Virus record (IMG/VR): IMGVR_UViG_3300032893_000043 | Span: 1-63,405 of that record | Reading direction: 5' to 3' (one strand) | From: a virus | Lineage: Duplodnaviria > Caudoviricetes | Length of the DNA stretch: 63,405 nucleotides | Shown: one piece after another, positions 38,267 to 46,208 of the stretch | Layout of the letters: the number at the start of each line of letters is the position of its first letter | Numbering within the stretch: position 1 is the first letter of the stretch | Made by a program: the position numbers and the translations under genes | The notes under the pieces: model-generated | What the model was told of the DNA's origin: nothing | The model's input: the letters and a program-made list of their open reading frames with translations, nothing else | Database searches by the model: none

Positions 38267-40579
38267 ATGTCCCTCATTGAATACGCTCTGCAATACGCCG
38301 GCCGTGGCTGGCATGTGTTCCCGCTCCGTCCTCGCGCCAAGCTTCCGTTACTCTCCAAAAAGTCCGGCGGTAAGGGTTTTCACGACGCCACGTCGGATCC
38401 CGGCCAAGTCACCGCCTGGTGGTCGCGGGCGCCCCAAGCCAATATCGGGCTCGCAACCGGCGCGTCCGGCCTCGTGGTGCTCGACGCCGATGGACCAGCG
38501 GGGTTAGCGCAGCTTAAAGAGCTCGCGGCGCCGCACGGCGGCTTACTTCGCACGCTGACGGCGCGCACCGGGCGCGAAGGCGGGTTCCACCTGTACTACC
38601 GCGGAACGGGTATAGCCAGCTGGCAGGACAACCGCAAAGGCGACACCAAGCAATGGCATTTCGACATCCGCGGCTCCACCGGTTATGTGATCCTGCCGCC
38701 CTCGATCCACCCCAGCGGCGCGCAGTACGCGTGGGTCGACGCGGCGCAGCCGATCGCCGAGGCGCCGGCCTGGCTCGGCCCCCTCCTTGCCTCGCTCCGC
38801 GGTTCCGTGCACACTGCGGCCGCGGGCAATCCCGCCCGTGACACTGAAACGCTTGCGGCCTTGAGCCCGTCTGCCCCGTCGTCCCGGACGGTGCCGGCGG
38901 GCTCTTTTGCGTCCGGACGCGGGCTTGCGGCCCGCTCGGTCGCGAACCTCAGTTCCGGGCCTGCTTTCAGCGAATCCGAGGCCGATCGTCTGTTTTCGGC
39001 ACTATCGGCGATAGACGCCGCAACCGATGGCGCGACCTGGGCCAGCTACGGCGCGGCGCTGCACGATCTGAAGTGGATTGTGAACGGTGTCGACGAAGGC
39101 TTTGAAATTTTTGATGAATGGTCTAGCACCTCGACAGGTAAGGGTCCGGGTAATGGGGAGTACAAAGGTCGCGCGGACCTAGAGAAGCGCTGGGTCAGTT
39201 TTGATAAGGAATACAACGGAGTACGCAAGACAATTGCGTCAATTTATAAGGACGCAATGGATCGCGGGTGGCAATACGATCCAACACCGCCGCAAGAGCA
39301 AAAAGTCAACGGCAACCATAGCTTAGAAGTCTTACCTCCCACATTTCAACAAGCGGCGTTCGCAAGCCCGATCATCTGGCCCGATCGCGACCAGTGGGGG
39401 CGGCCCAAAGCGACCTGCCGCAATGCCCGCGCCGCCATTCGGCACATGGGCCTGACATGCGAGCACGACCGGTTTCACGACAAGTTGATCATCGGCGGAC
39501 AGGCGATCGAGCAATGGGCCGGCGAACTCACGGACAACACGACGCACATGCTCCGGGTCACCATCGCCCAGCGATACAATCTCGATCCGGGCAACACCAA
39601 CACTTTCGACGCCGCGGTCCAGGAATGCCTGCAGGACAGCTTTGATCCGGTTGCCGACTATCTCGACGGGTTGACTTGGGATGGCGTGCCAAGGCTCCGC
39701 ACTTGGCTTGCGACCTACATGGGCGCCGCGGACACGCCGTTAAATGCCGCCATTGGGGGCCTGATCCTGATTGCGGCCGTGCGCCGCGTGCGGCAACCCG
39801 GATGCAAATTCGACCAGATCCTCGTGCTTGAAGGCCCGGAAGGGCGCGGCAAGTCGTCGGCGATCGAGATTTTGGCGGGCCAAGAGAACTTTTCGGACCA
39901 GACGATATTGACCGCCGACGACAAGGGCCAGCAAGAAGCAATCAGCGGCGTGTGGCTTTACGAGATCGCGGACCTGGCCGGCATGTCAAAGGCCGACACC
40001 GAGAAGGTCAAGGCGTTTTGTTCCAGGACCGTGGATCGCGCGCGGCCGGCTTACGGGCGCACCAGGCAGGACAAGCCGCGGCGCTGTGTCTTCATTGCGA
40101 CGACGAACCACGCGACGTTCCTCAAATCGCAAACCGGCAATCGGCGGTTCTGGCCGGTCCAAACGGGCAGGGTTGACCTGGAAGCGTTGCGGCGAGACCG
40201 GGACCAGCTTTGGGCGGAAGCCAACGCGATCGAGCGGCGCGGCGTGTCGCTGTTCTTGCCGGAAGGGCTTTGGCAAGAGGCCGCGGCGATACAGGACGCG
40301 CGGCGCGACGCGGACCCGTGGGAAGACATTCTAGCAGACGTCGAAACGCATAAAGCGACGTCGAAAAAACCGGCGGCAGACGGGCACGGAATGGAGTACC
40401 GGATCACAAGCCGGGACGTGCTGGAAACCGTGCTTAGACTGCCTTTGGACAAGCTGAATGATGTAACTGCGAAACGGGCCGCGCTGGCACTTCGAAGGCT
40501 CGGATGGGACGGACCAAAGCCATTGCGAAGCGAAAAAATTGTGGCGAAAGGTTTTACAAAAAAAGCAGAAGACGTGTAA
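38267..40579 (+). CDS. Primase-polymerase / PriCT-2 / VirE-type helicase fusion
   Basis: GWHVFPL, ANIGLATG..LVVLDAD, GFHLYY; PGCKFD, LEGPEGRGKS Walker A, TGNRRFWPV. Confidence 0.9.
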   Translation: MSLIEYALQYAGRGWHVFPLRPRAKLPLLSKKSGGKGFHDATSDPGQVTAWWSRAPQANIGLATGASGLVVLDADGPAGLAQLKELAAPHGGLLRTLTARTGREGGFHLYYRGTGIASWQDNRKGDTKQWHFDIRGSTGYVILPPSIHPSGAQYAWVDAAQPIAEAPAWLGPLLASLRGSVHTAAAGNPARDTETLAALSPSAPSSRTVPAGSFASGRGLAARSVANLSSGPAFSESEADRLFSALSAIDAATDGATWASYGAALHDLKWIVNGVDEGFEIFDEWSSTSTGKGPGNGEYKGRADLEKRWVSFDKEYNGVRKTIASIYKDAMDRGWQYDPTPPQEQKVNGNHSLEVLPPTFQQAAFASPIIWPDRDQWGRPKATCRNARAAIRHMGLTCEHDRFHDKLIIGGQAIEQWAGELTDNTTHMLRVTIAQRYNLDPGNTNTFDAAVQECLQDSFDPVADYLDGLTWDGVPRLRTWLATYMGAADTPLNAAIGGLILIAAVRRVRQPGCKFDQILVLEGPEGRGKSSAIEILAGQENFSDQTILTADDKGQQEAISGVWLYEIADLAGMSKADTEKVKAFCSRTVDRARPAYGRTRQDKPRRCVFIATTNHATFLKSQTGNRRFWPVQTGRVDLEALRRDRDQLWAEANAIERRGVSLFLPEGLWQEAAAIQDARRDADPWEDILADVETHKATSKKPAADGHGMEYRITSRDVLETVLRLPLDKLNDVTAKRAALALRRLGWDGPKPLRSEKIVAKGFTKKAEDV

Positions 40580-40763
40580 CCGGTAACACCGAAATGAGAG
40601 GTTACGCGCAAACGCTTGATTTTTATAAGGTGTTACTGGTGTAACCTCTGTAACTTCTAATAACTCTATAGCTAATGGAATATGGGTTATAGTAAGGTAG
40701 CTTATATAAACTTAGATTCTATAGAGTCTTAGGAAAAGGGGGGTTACGGCGTTACGGGGTTAC
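40576..40763. other. Putative replication origin
   Basis: Nine GTAAC/GTTAC pentamers flanking an AT-rich core right after the primase-helicase gene. Confidence 0.55.
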
Positions 40764-40797
40764 ACAGCTCGCGCCAGCCTTTTTGGGGGAACCGGCC

Positions 40798-40826
40798 TTG
40801 ACAGGCACAAATTGAAAGAGTATATA
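40798..40826 (+). promoter_or_regulatory. Early sigma70-like promoter 1
   Basis: TTGACA-N17-TATATA containing TTGAAAGAGTA. Confidence 0.7.
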
Positions 40827-40857
40827 AACGAGACGGTGACCAAGGGAGACTTTAGTA

Positions 40858-41051
40858 TGACCAAAGCCAAGCGCATCACACTCGCACTGCGGAACCTGGA
40901 AGCGGAGTATCGCGCATCGAGCGATCAAGCGGAGAACGCTTGCGCCGAGACAGTGCGGCGGATCAACGTGGATCTGCCGGACTACTCCAAAGAGCGCCTG
41001 TTCGACATCCTGATGTCGAATTCCTACCGTGTGTCGAGTACGACTTTATAA
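40858..41051 (+). CDS. Hypothetical early protein
   Basis: GGGAG RBS, downstream of promoter 1. Confidence 0.5.
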
Positions 41052-41208
41052 GGGGAACGGCTATGGGCGGCGTTCCTTACTACTACCAACTCGGCTATAA
41101 CGACTTTATCGCTGGCCGCAAAGCGCGACGACGCGTTCCGTACAATTTCAAGCTTGCGTATCTTTGTGGCCGTTCAGACGCGCGCGAGGGAAAGCCAAAC
41201 CGACACGC

Positions 41209-41236
41209 TTGACTTCCCCACTTGAAAGAGTAAACC
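41209..41236 (+). promoter_or_regulatory. Early promoter 2
   Basis: TTGACT-N16-TAAACC containing TTGAAAGAGTA. Confidence 0.55.
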
Positions 41237-41288
41237 AACGCATGCCCGCGCCGATCCAGGTCGCGGGGTTAGGGAAAGGGGAAAGATC

Positions 41289-41669
41289 ATGCCCGAATTT
41301 GTTTTAGAAGGCCGCGACAACGTTGCGTTCCAACGTTGCAGTGAGCTGGAACAAGCTTACATCGAAGCCATGTTTTTCGCGGATGAGCCGCAAAACGAAT
41401 CGTGGTCGTTTGACGAATTGAGCGAATCGGCGTTGCGTAAGATCAAGGAAGATTGCGCGGCGTTTTGCGCGGACCAAAAGACGCTCGATCTAATCGACGG
41501 CGAGGAAAAGCAGGCGGGCCACGATCTATGGCTTACGCGCCAAGGACACGGTACCGGCTTTTGGGATGGTAACTGGCCAAAGGATGCTGGCGAGTACTTG
41601 ACAAAGCGCGCCAAGGATCTCGGCGAGTGCTGGCCGTATAAAGGCGATGACGGCCGGATTTATTTTTGA
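41289..41669 (+). CDS. Conserved acidic early phage protein
   Basis: AGHDLWLTRQGHGTGFWD motif. Confidence 0.7.
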   Translation: MPEFVLEGRDNVAFQRCSELEQAYIEAMFFADEPQNESWSFDELSESALRKIKEDCAAFCADQKTLDLIDGEEKQAGHDLWLTRQGHGTGFWDGNWPKDAGEYLTKRAKDLGECWPYKGDDGRIYF

Positions 41670-41698
41670 TTTGTTGCAACGCGGTACGCGACTAACTG

Positions 41699-41730
41699 GG
41701 CGCTGTCTTGGACGGCGCCTTTTTCTTTTT
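41699..41730 (+). terminator. Rho-independent terminator
   Basis: GGCGCTGTC-ttg-GACGGCGCC followed by a T tract. Confidence 0.7.
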
Positions 41731-41737
41731 GGACGGG

Positions 41738-41766
41738 TTGACATTTGGGAATTGAAAGAGTAGATA
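41738..41766 (+). promoter_or_regulatory. Early promoter 3
   Basis: TTGACA-N17-TAGATA containing TTGAAAGAGTA. Confidence 0.7.
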
Positions 41767-41963
41767 TTGGGAATAGGGTTCAAACGAGGATCGACGATCA
41801 TGGTTTTCACTTCGATTCGCCAAGCACTCAAAGCCGCCCGCCGCTTTCATCGCGAATACGGTTGCCAAGGCTATCGCTATAAGGCGACGTCGGGCTACTC
41901 ATATCATGCTGGCCGCTTTTGTGTCGCGGTCTATGCTCACAATGGCGCGTTTGTGACGCTGAT

Positions 41964-42344
41964 CTAAAGCGGCGTATCAGCGCTGGAATGGGGAAGGCCG
42001 CTTAACCCGCGGCCTTTTCTTTTTGGGCGCCGGCCATGCGCCTCTAGCCAATTTATCAGCGTGTGGCCGAGACCAGGACTAGGGCGCAAATCAAATACGG
42101 GTGCCACACGTTCGCGTAAACAATCTATGGCCCATTGAGGGATATGGCGTCGGCCAGCTCGCCAGTGTTGAATTGCAGGCCAAGTGACGCGATTCTGGAA
42201 CAGAGCGCAGATGTCGGCGGGAGCACCACTCGGCGCCAGCGTGCGAATCAGCTTGTCCAGCGCGGCCGCGCTACCACTATCGGGGATCAAACGCCGAGGC
42301 ACCCTTTTGGGACTGCGCTCGATCGGCTGTGTTGCATCGTTCAT
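41964..42344 (-). CDS. Putative Cro-like HTH protein
   Basis: VTWPAIQHWRAGRRHIP helix. Confidence 0.45.
   Translation of the reverse strand: MNDATQPIERSPKRVPRRLIPDSGSAAALDKLIRTLAPSGAPADICALFQNRVTWPAIQHWRAGRRHIPQWAIDCLRERVAPVFDLRPSPGLGHTLINWLEAHGRRPKRKGRGLSGLPHSSADTPL
41994..42024 (+). terminator. Rho-independent terminator
   Basis: AAGGCCGC...GCGGCCTT followed by TTCTTTTT. Confidence 0.6.
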
Positions 42345-42639
42345 GCCGCATTTTACCGGCCGCGGCGCTGCGCAGTAGCTTTTGACGGCTACCACTGGGG
42401 GTTCGCAGGCGATTTTTCTCCTCGCTACTTTCAGTCTTACAAGACCGATAGCGAGCTTAGTGCCTTGTATTGCTTAGGCTTTCGGCGACCTGGCGAGCTC
42501 ACGCGGGAACTTTGCATGCGGCGATCGGTCGCAGCTACCGAGAGGTATTTAGACACCCGAAGGCCCGCGCGAAGAACGGAATCGAGGGCACCCCACCCTG
42601 CGCCACCCCAAAAACTTCCAAAAATTTTTTCTGAAAATT

Positions 42640-42656
42640 GTAGTAGCCGCGACTAC
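42640..42656. promoter_or_regulatory. Operator GTAGT-N7-ACTAC (copy 1)
   Basis: GTAGTagccgcgACTAC upstream of the RAMP-like gene. Confidence 0.75.
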
Positions 42657-42703
42657 GCGAGCCGTGCTACATCGCTTCGACGCACTCAAAAAGGAGACGC
42701 ATC

Positions 42704-43333
42704 GTGGCCGAGCGCACAATCGAAATTCCCGAAATCAAACTTGATCGCATGACCGTGAACGTCGTTGGTACGTCTCCGCTGCTAACCAATCGCTTCGGCG
42801 AGAACGCGATTGCTTCGATCGAGAACAAACAGCAGAAAAAAGCGAAGGGTGTGAAGGAGGCGCGCGATCCCGAGGCGGAATTTCTTGAGAAGCTGCACGT
42901 CATAAAGGCTGGCAAGACACCGTTGGAAGGTACGTTCGGTTATCCGTCGATCGGTATCAAAAAATGCCTGGTGGTTGCCGGCGGCCGTTTTGCCGACGAA
43001 AAAATGACGCATCTACGCGGCGCCATCAACATTCTTGGAAGCTTGATCGAGATTCGATCGCCGGCTCCGACGATGCGTACCGACACTGTTCGTTTGCAGG
43101 GTGGCGTCACTAGCATCGCCTATCGCCCGCAGTTTTGGCCGTGGGAGATGGAAATACCGGTCGTGTTTAACGCCGGCATTATCGGCCCTGCGCAGATTCT
43201 CAACCTTTTCCAGATTGCTGGATTTGCTGTAGGCTTCGGCGCGTGGCGTCCCGAGCTGAACGGCGTGTTCGGTCAATTTGTTTTGAAGAATTCCGGCGAG
43301 GTCTCGACGAAAGAGAAGACCAAGGCGGGATAA
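42704..43333 (+). CDS. RAMP/Cas7-like RNA-binding protein (Vipr-like effector)
   Basis: N-terminal VxGTSPLLxNRF strand, YPSIGIKKC, and C-terminal Gly-rich loop AGFAVGFGAWRPELNGVFGQF; AGGAG RBS; directly followed by the periodic array. Confidence 0.7.
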   Translation: MAERTIEIPEIKLDRMTVNVVGTSPLLTNRFGENAIASIENKQQKKAKGVKEARDPEAEFLEKLHVIKAGKTPLEGTFGYPSIGIKKCLVVAGGRFADEKMTHLRGAINILGSLIEIRSPAPTMRTDTVRLQGGVTSIAYRPQFWPWEMEIPVVFNAGIIGPAQILNLFQIAGFAVGFGAWRPELNGVFGQFVLKNSGEVSTKEKTKAG

Positions 43334-43336
43334 AAA

Positions 43337-43792
43337 GCCAAGAGCAGAGTCGATTTGATAGGCGTTGCACAGACCATAAGACCGCAGACGCGATGCAGAA
43401 AAGTACGGCAAACACCAGATGTGCTTTGCAAGGACGTGAGGTCAACTGAAGCGAAAAGTTTATTTTGTTGGTTTGCCAAAAGAGGAGTGCAGCACGGAAT
43501 AGTCAGGACAAGTCCTGCAGCGATGTTAGTTGAAATGAAAAGTTTAATCCATTTGCCATGTGAAAAGAGCAGCCGCGTGAACATGTGACACGACGACACC
43601 AGATGTTACCGGAATAGAAATGAAAAGTTTGTTTGATCCATTTGCCAGAAGAGAACACTCGATGTGCGGCGCTTTGCGTTGAGGCGATAGGAAAACACAA
43701 CAAATGAAAAGTTTCATTTTTGATTTGGCAGAAGAGAACAATAGCTGTGCAGCGTTTTGAGTCGATAGCAGTTGCAAACAAATGAAGTGAAA
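43337..43792 (+). ncRNA. Array of six pentamer-periodic tracts (xG[A/C/T]-NN); putative guide RNAs
   Basis: Tracts at 43341, 43397, 43481, 43561, 43650 and 43733, each of 11-14 pentamers; tracts 2-5 end in GAAAAGTTT and are followed by a T-rich..TTTG[C/G]CA linker. Confidence 0.8.
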
Positions 43793-44850
43793 TGTCTATT
43801 TCTCTCAAAGAGTATTTCGCGCTCGCCGGCTCTAATTTCACAAACGACGATGCTAGGGTCATTGGGCCGGTACTGCAAGAATTGGTGCACGCCGGGCAGT
43901 CGCGACCAAACGAGATTGTCGACGCCGCGCGCTCGACGAATTCCCCGCTGCACGAATATTTCGAGTGGAATGACCAGCGCGCTGGGCAGCTGTATCGCGA
44001 AGGCCAGGCCCGCGACATGGTGCAGGCTATTCGCGTCCGCGTCGTTCCGCGCGAGCAACCCAAAGAACCGCGGCAGTATAAAGTTACGGTTCAGAAGACA
44101 GAGTGGAACACCCTGAGCGACGTCACCGTTCGTAACGAGATCGATGTTCTTGATGGCGCGAGTCTGGCGCTACGCGCGCTTGACGAATGGATACGAGTAT
44201 TCGGTACGCTGGCACAAGCCAAGGAAGTTGCTGATATCTTGCAGCCGATCCTTAATCAGATTTCTGAATTTAAAGAGGAATGTCGCGGCGAGATCCCACC
44301 GAATGACGTGGTTGCGGTTTTTCAAGATTTGCAGCAGATCGAGCAAGCTTGTCAGAAGCTGATCGGGCTACGTGACTATGGCGAGCAGACACAGTATCTG
44401 ATTGAAGCGATCGACGATGCGTGGAAGGCGTATGGGCAGCTGGTTGAAGATAAGAAAGCGCGCTTGACGGTTGTCGAACAGGAGAACGAGGAGCTACGCG
44501 AGAAGATCGATTTTTTGGAGCGCTTGTTTATTGGCGACCAGCTTATGCCTCGGCAATTGCGGCTGACGAAGCAGGAAGGCAAAGTTGTTGGTGCGTTGCT
44601 AAACAACAAGACGGTGAACCGTGAAGCCATCCACTATATTTTGTATTCGGACAAACCGGATGCTGACGAGGCGGACATTAAGATTGTTGACGTTCTGGTT
44701 TGTAAAATTCGTCCGAAGCTAGACCGGTTCGGCATCAAGATCGAAAGCCTTTGGGGCGTAGGTTACCAGATGCCTGATGACTCGCGTAAGCGGCTGCAAG
44801 GTTTGATCGAGGCTGACAAATCGCACCCGCTTGAGGAAGGGATGATCTAA
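43792..44850 (+). CDS. Array-associated protein fused to a CtrA/OmpR-like winged-helix domain
   Basis: N-terminal IVDAAR..SPLHEYFEWND..YR..QAR domain; C-terminal LTKQE..KIVDVLVCKIRPKL..IESLWGVGY. Confidence 0.7.
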   Translation: MSISLKEYFALAGSNFTNDDARVIGPVLQELVHAGQSRPNEIVDAARSTNSPLHEYFEWNDQRAGQLYREGQARDMVQAIRVRVVPREQPKEPRQYKVTVQKTEWNTLSDVTVRNEIDVLDGASLALRALDEWIRVFGTLAQAKEVADILQPILNQISEFKEECRGEIPPNDVVAVFQDLQQIEQACQKLIGLRDYGEQTQYLIEAIDDAWKAYGQLVEDKKARLTVVEQENEELREKIDFLERLFIGDQLMPRQLRLTKQEGKVVGALLNNKTVNREAIHYILYSDKPDADEADIKIVDVLVCKIRPKLDRFGIKIESLWGVGYQMPDDSRKRLQGLIEADKSHPLEEGMI

Positions 44851-44884
44851 AATAATATCTCCCCGGTAGTTGCCACCACTACAA
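44851..44884 (+). repeat. 34-bp direct repeat copy 1 (contains operator copy 2, 44866-44882)
   Basis: 33/34 identical to 45943..45976. Confidence 0.9.
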
Positions 44885-44905
44885 ACAGTCTGGTACTCTC
44901 GTAAA

Positions 44906-45943
44906 ATGTCGCTGGCTTACTACAACGAGATCGACCCATACTGTGCGCAGTGGCTGCGAAATCTCATCGCAAAAAATCTGATCGCGCCCGGTGTGGTCGA
45001 TGAAAGGTCGATCCTTGATGTCAAACCTTACGAGCTCGAACCCTACACCCAGTGCCACTTCTTCGCCGGTATCGGCGGATGGTCTTACGCATTGCGACTC
45101 GCGGGTGTTGCCGATCATCGAGAAATTTGGACTGGAAGTTGTCCTTGCCAGCCTTTCTCCACGGCAGGCCGCCGCCGCGGGTTTGATGACGAGCGACACT
45201 TGTGGCCATACTGGAGATATCTCATTGCGCAGCGACGTCCTCCAACAATCTTTGGAGAGCAGGTTGCGTCGGCAGCTGACTGGCTCCGACTTGTGCGAAG
45301 TGACCTGGAAGCCCTGGACTACGCCGTGGGGGCAGTCCCTATCGAAGCCGCGAGCGCGGGTGCGGACCACCTTAGAGATCGGTTCTGGTTTATGGCCTAC
45401 CATACGCGCCAACAAGTGGGGGCCGCCGGACAGTCACGGGAACGTAGCGATGTGGCCCACAGCAGCAGCAGCACGCGATTACAGGAGCGAGAGCGCGACG
45501 GAGGAATTCAACGAGAAACACTGGGCGCACAGCCGCGGCAAGACGTTGCCAATGCAGGCGCTGCACGCGACATGGGCGACGCCAACTTCTTTGAGCGGTG
45601 GTTCGGAAACCAGCAATCCGCCTGGCAACAGCCGGAACAACAACGAGATCAGACGCCACGCTTTGTGGGCAACGGCAGCTGCCCAGGAGGCGGGCGGAAC
45701 GGCGGAACAGTTTTTGGAACGCAAGCGCAAGGCAGTGGCGAACGGCTCGACATTGGGCGTCAGTCTGACGAGCCTGAACCTTCAGGCTGGATCATCGGTG
45801 CCGACGGAAAAGCGCGGCGCGTTAAATCCGGAATTCGTTTGCTGGTTGATGGGTTTCCCAATCGCGTGGGTCTCCTGCGGGGTTTCGGTAACGCGATTGA
45901 CCCGCGGCCGGCGGCGCAATTCATCAAAGCCGCGCTCGACTGA
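44906..45943 (+). CDS. DNA cytosine-C5 methyltransferase
   Basis: FFAGIGG (I), SCPCQPFS (IV), GEQV (VI), HLRDR (VIII), GFGNAI (X). Confidence 0.9.
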   Translation: MSLAYYNEIDPYCAQWLRNLIAKNLIAPGVVDERSILDVKPYELEPYTQCHFFAGIGGWSYALRLAGVADHREIWTGSCPCQPFSTAGRRRGFDDERHLWPYWRYLIAQRRPPTIFGEQVASAADWLRLVRSDLEALDYAVGAVPIEAASAGADHLRDRFWFMAYHTRQQVGAAGQSRERSDVAHSSSSTRLQERERDGGIQRETLGAQPRQDVANAGAARDMGDANFFERWFGNQQSAWQQPEQQRDQTPRFVGNGSCPGGGRNGGTVFGTQAQGSGERLDIGRQSDEPEPSGWIIGADGKARRVKSGIRLLVDGFPNRVGLLRGFGNAIDPRPAAQFIKAALD

Positions 45944-45976
45944 ATAATATCTCCCCGGTAGTTGCCCCCACTACAA
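45943..45976 (+). repeat. 34-bp direct repeat copy 2 (contains operator copy 3, 45958-45974)
   Basis: aataatatctccccggtagttgcccccactacaa. Confidence 0.9.
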
Positions 45977-45998
45977 GAACCGTGTTATAGCAAAGCGC

Positions 45999-46208
45999 AT
46001 GACCGAATGCCCTCCAGCAGTAGTTAATAAATACCGCTGGTATTCGAAGCGCGCGTCGCCGTATCGTGAAAGCCGTCAAGAAATGAATGCGATGTGGCGC
46101 AAGCTTCGAAAGACCGAGCGCTTCGAGCTACGCCGGCTTCTGTGGCGCCGGTACGTGCTCGCTCAAAGTTTGTTTTATAAGGCGGTAGCAAAAGCGATTT
46201 TGAATTAA
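45999..46208 (+). CDS. Small basic hypothetical protein
   Basis: 69 aa directly after a promoter. Confidence 0.45.
   Translation: MTECPPAVVNKYRWYSKRASPYRESRQEMNAMWRKLRKTERFELRRLLWRRYVLAQSLFYKAVAKAILN

Noticed and set aside
42375-42392. GTAGC-N8-GCTAC as a sixth operator
   Set aside because: Different half-site and spacing from the five exact copies
43397-43461. Tract 2 targeting the phage's own IS1595 fragment (FKRG)
   Set aside because: Only four consecutive dinucleotides (TT AA CG GG) match; the flanking ones do not
43243-43777. Short ORFs over the array (43243, 43355, 43544 and others)
   Set aside because: No RBS or protein-like composition; by-products of the periodic sequence
43337-43792. 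Canonical CRISPR array
   Set aside because: The boundary repeats are short and degenerate, the intervening sequence is itself 5-nt periodic, and there is no cas1/cas2; it does not fit a repeat-spacer model
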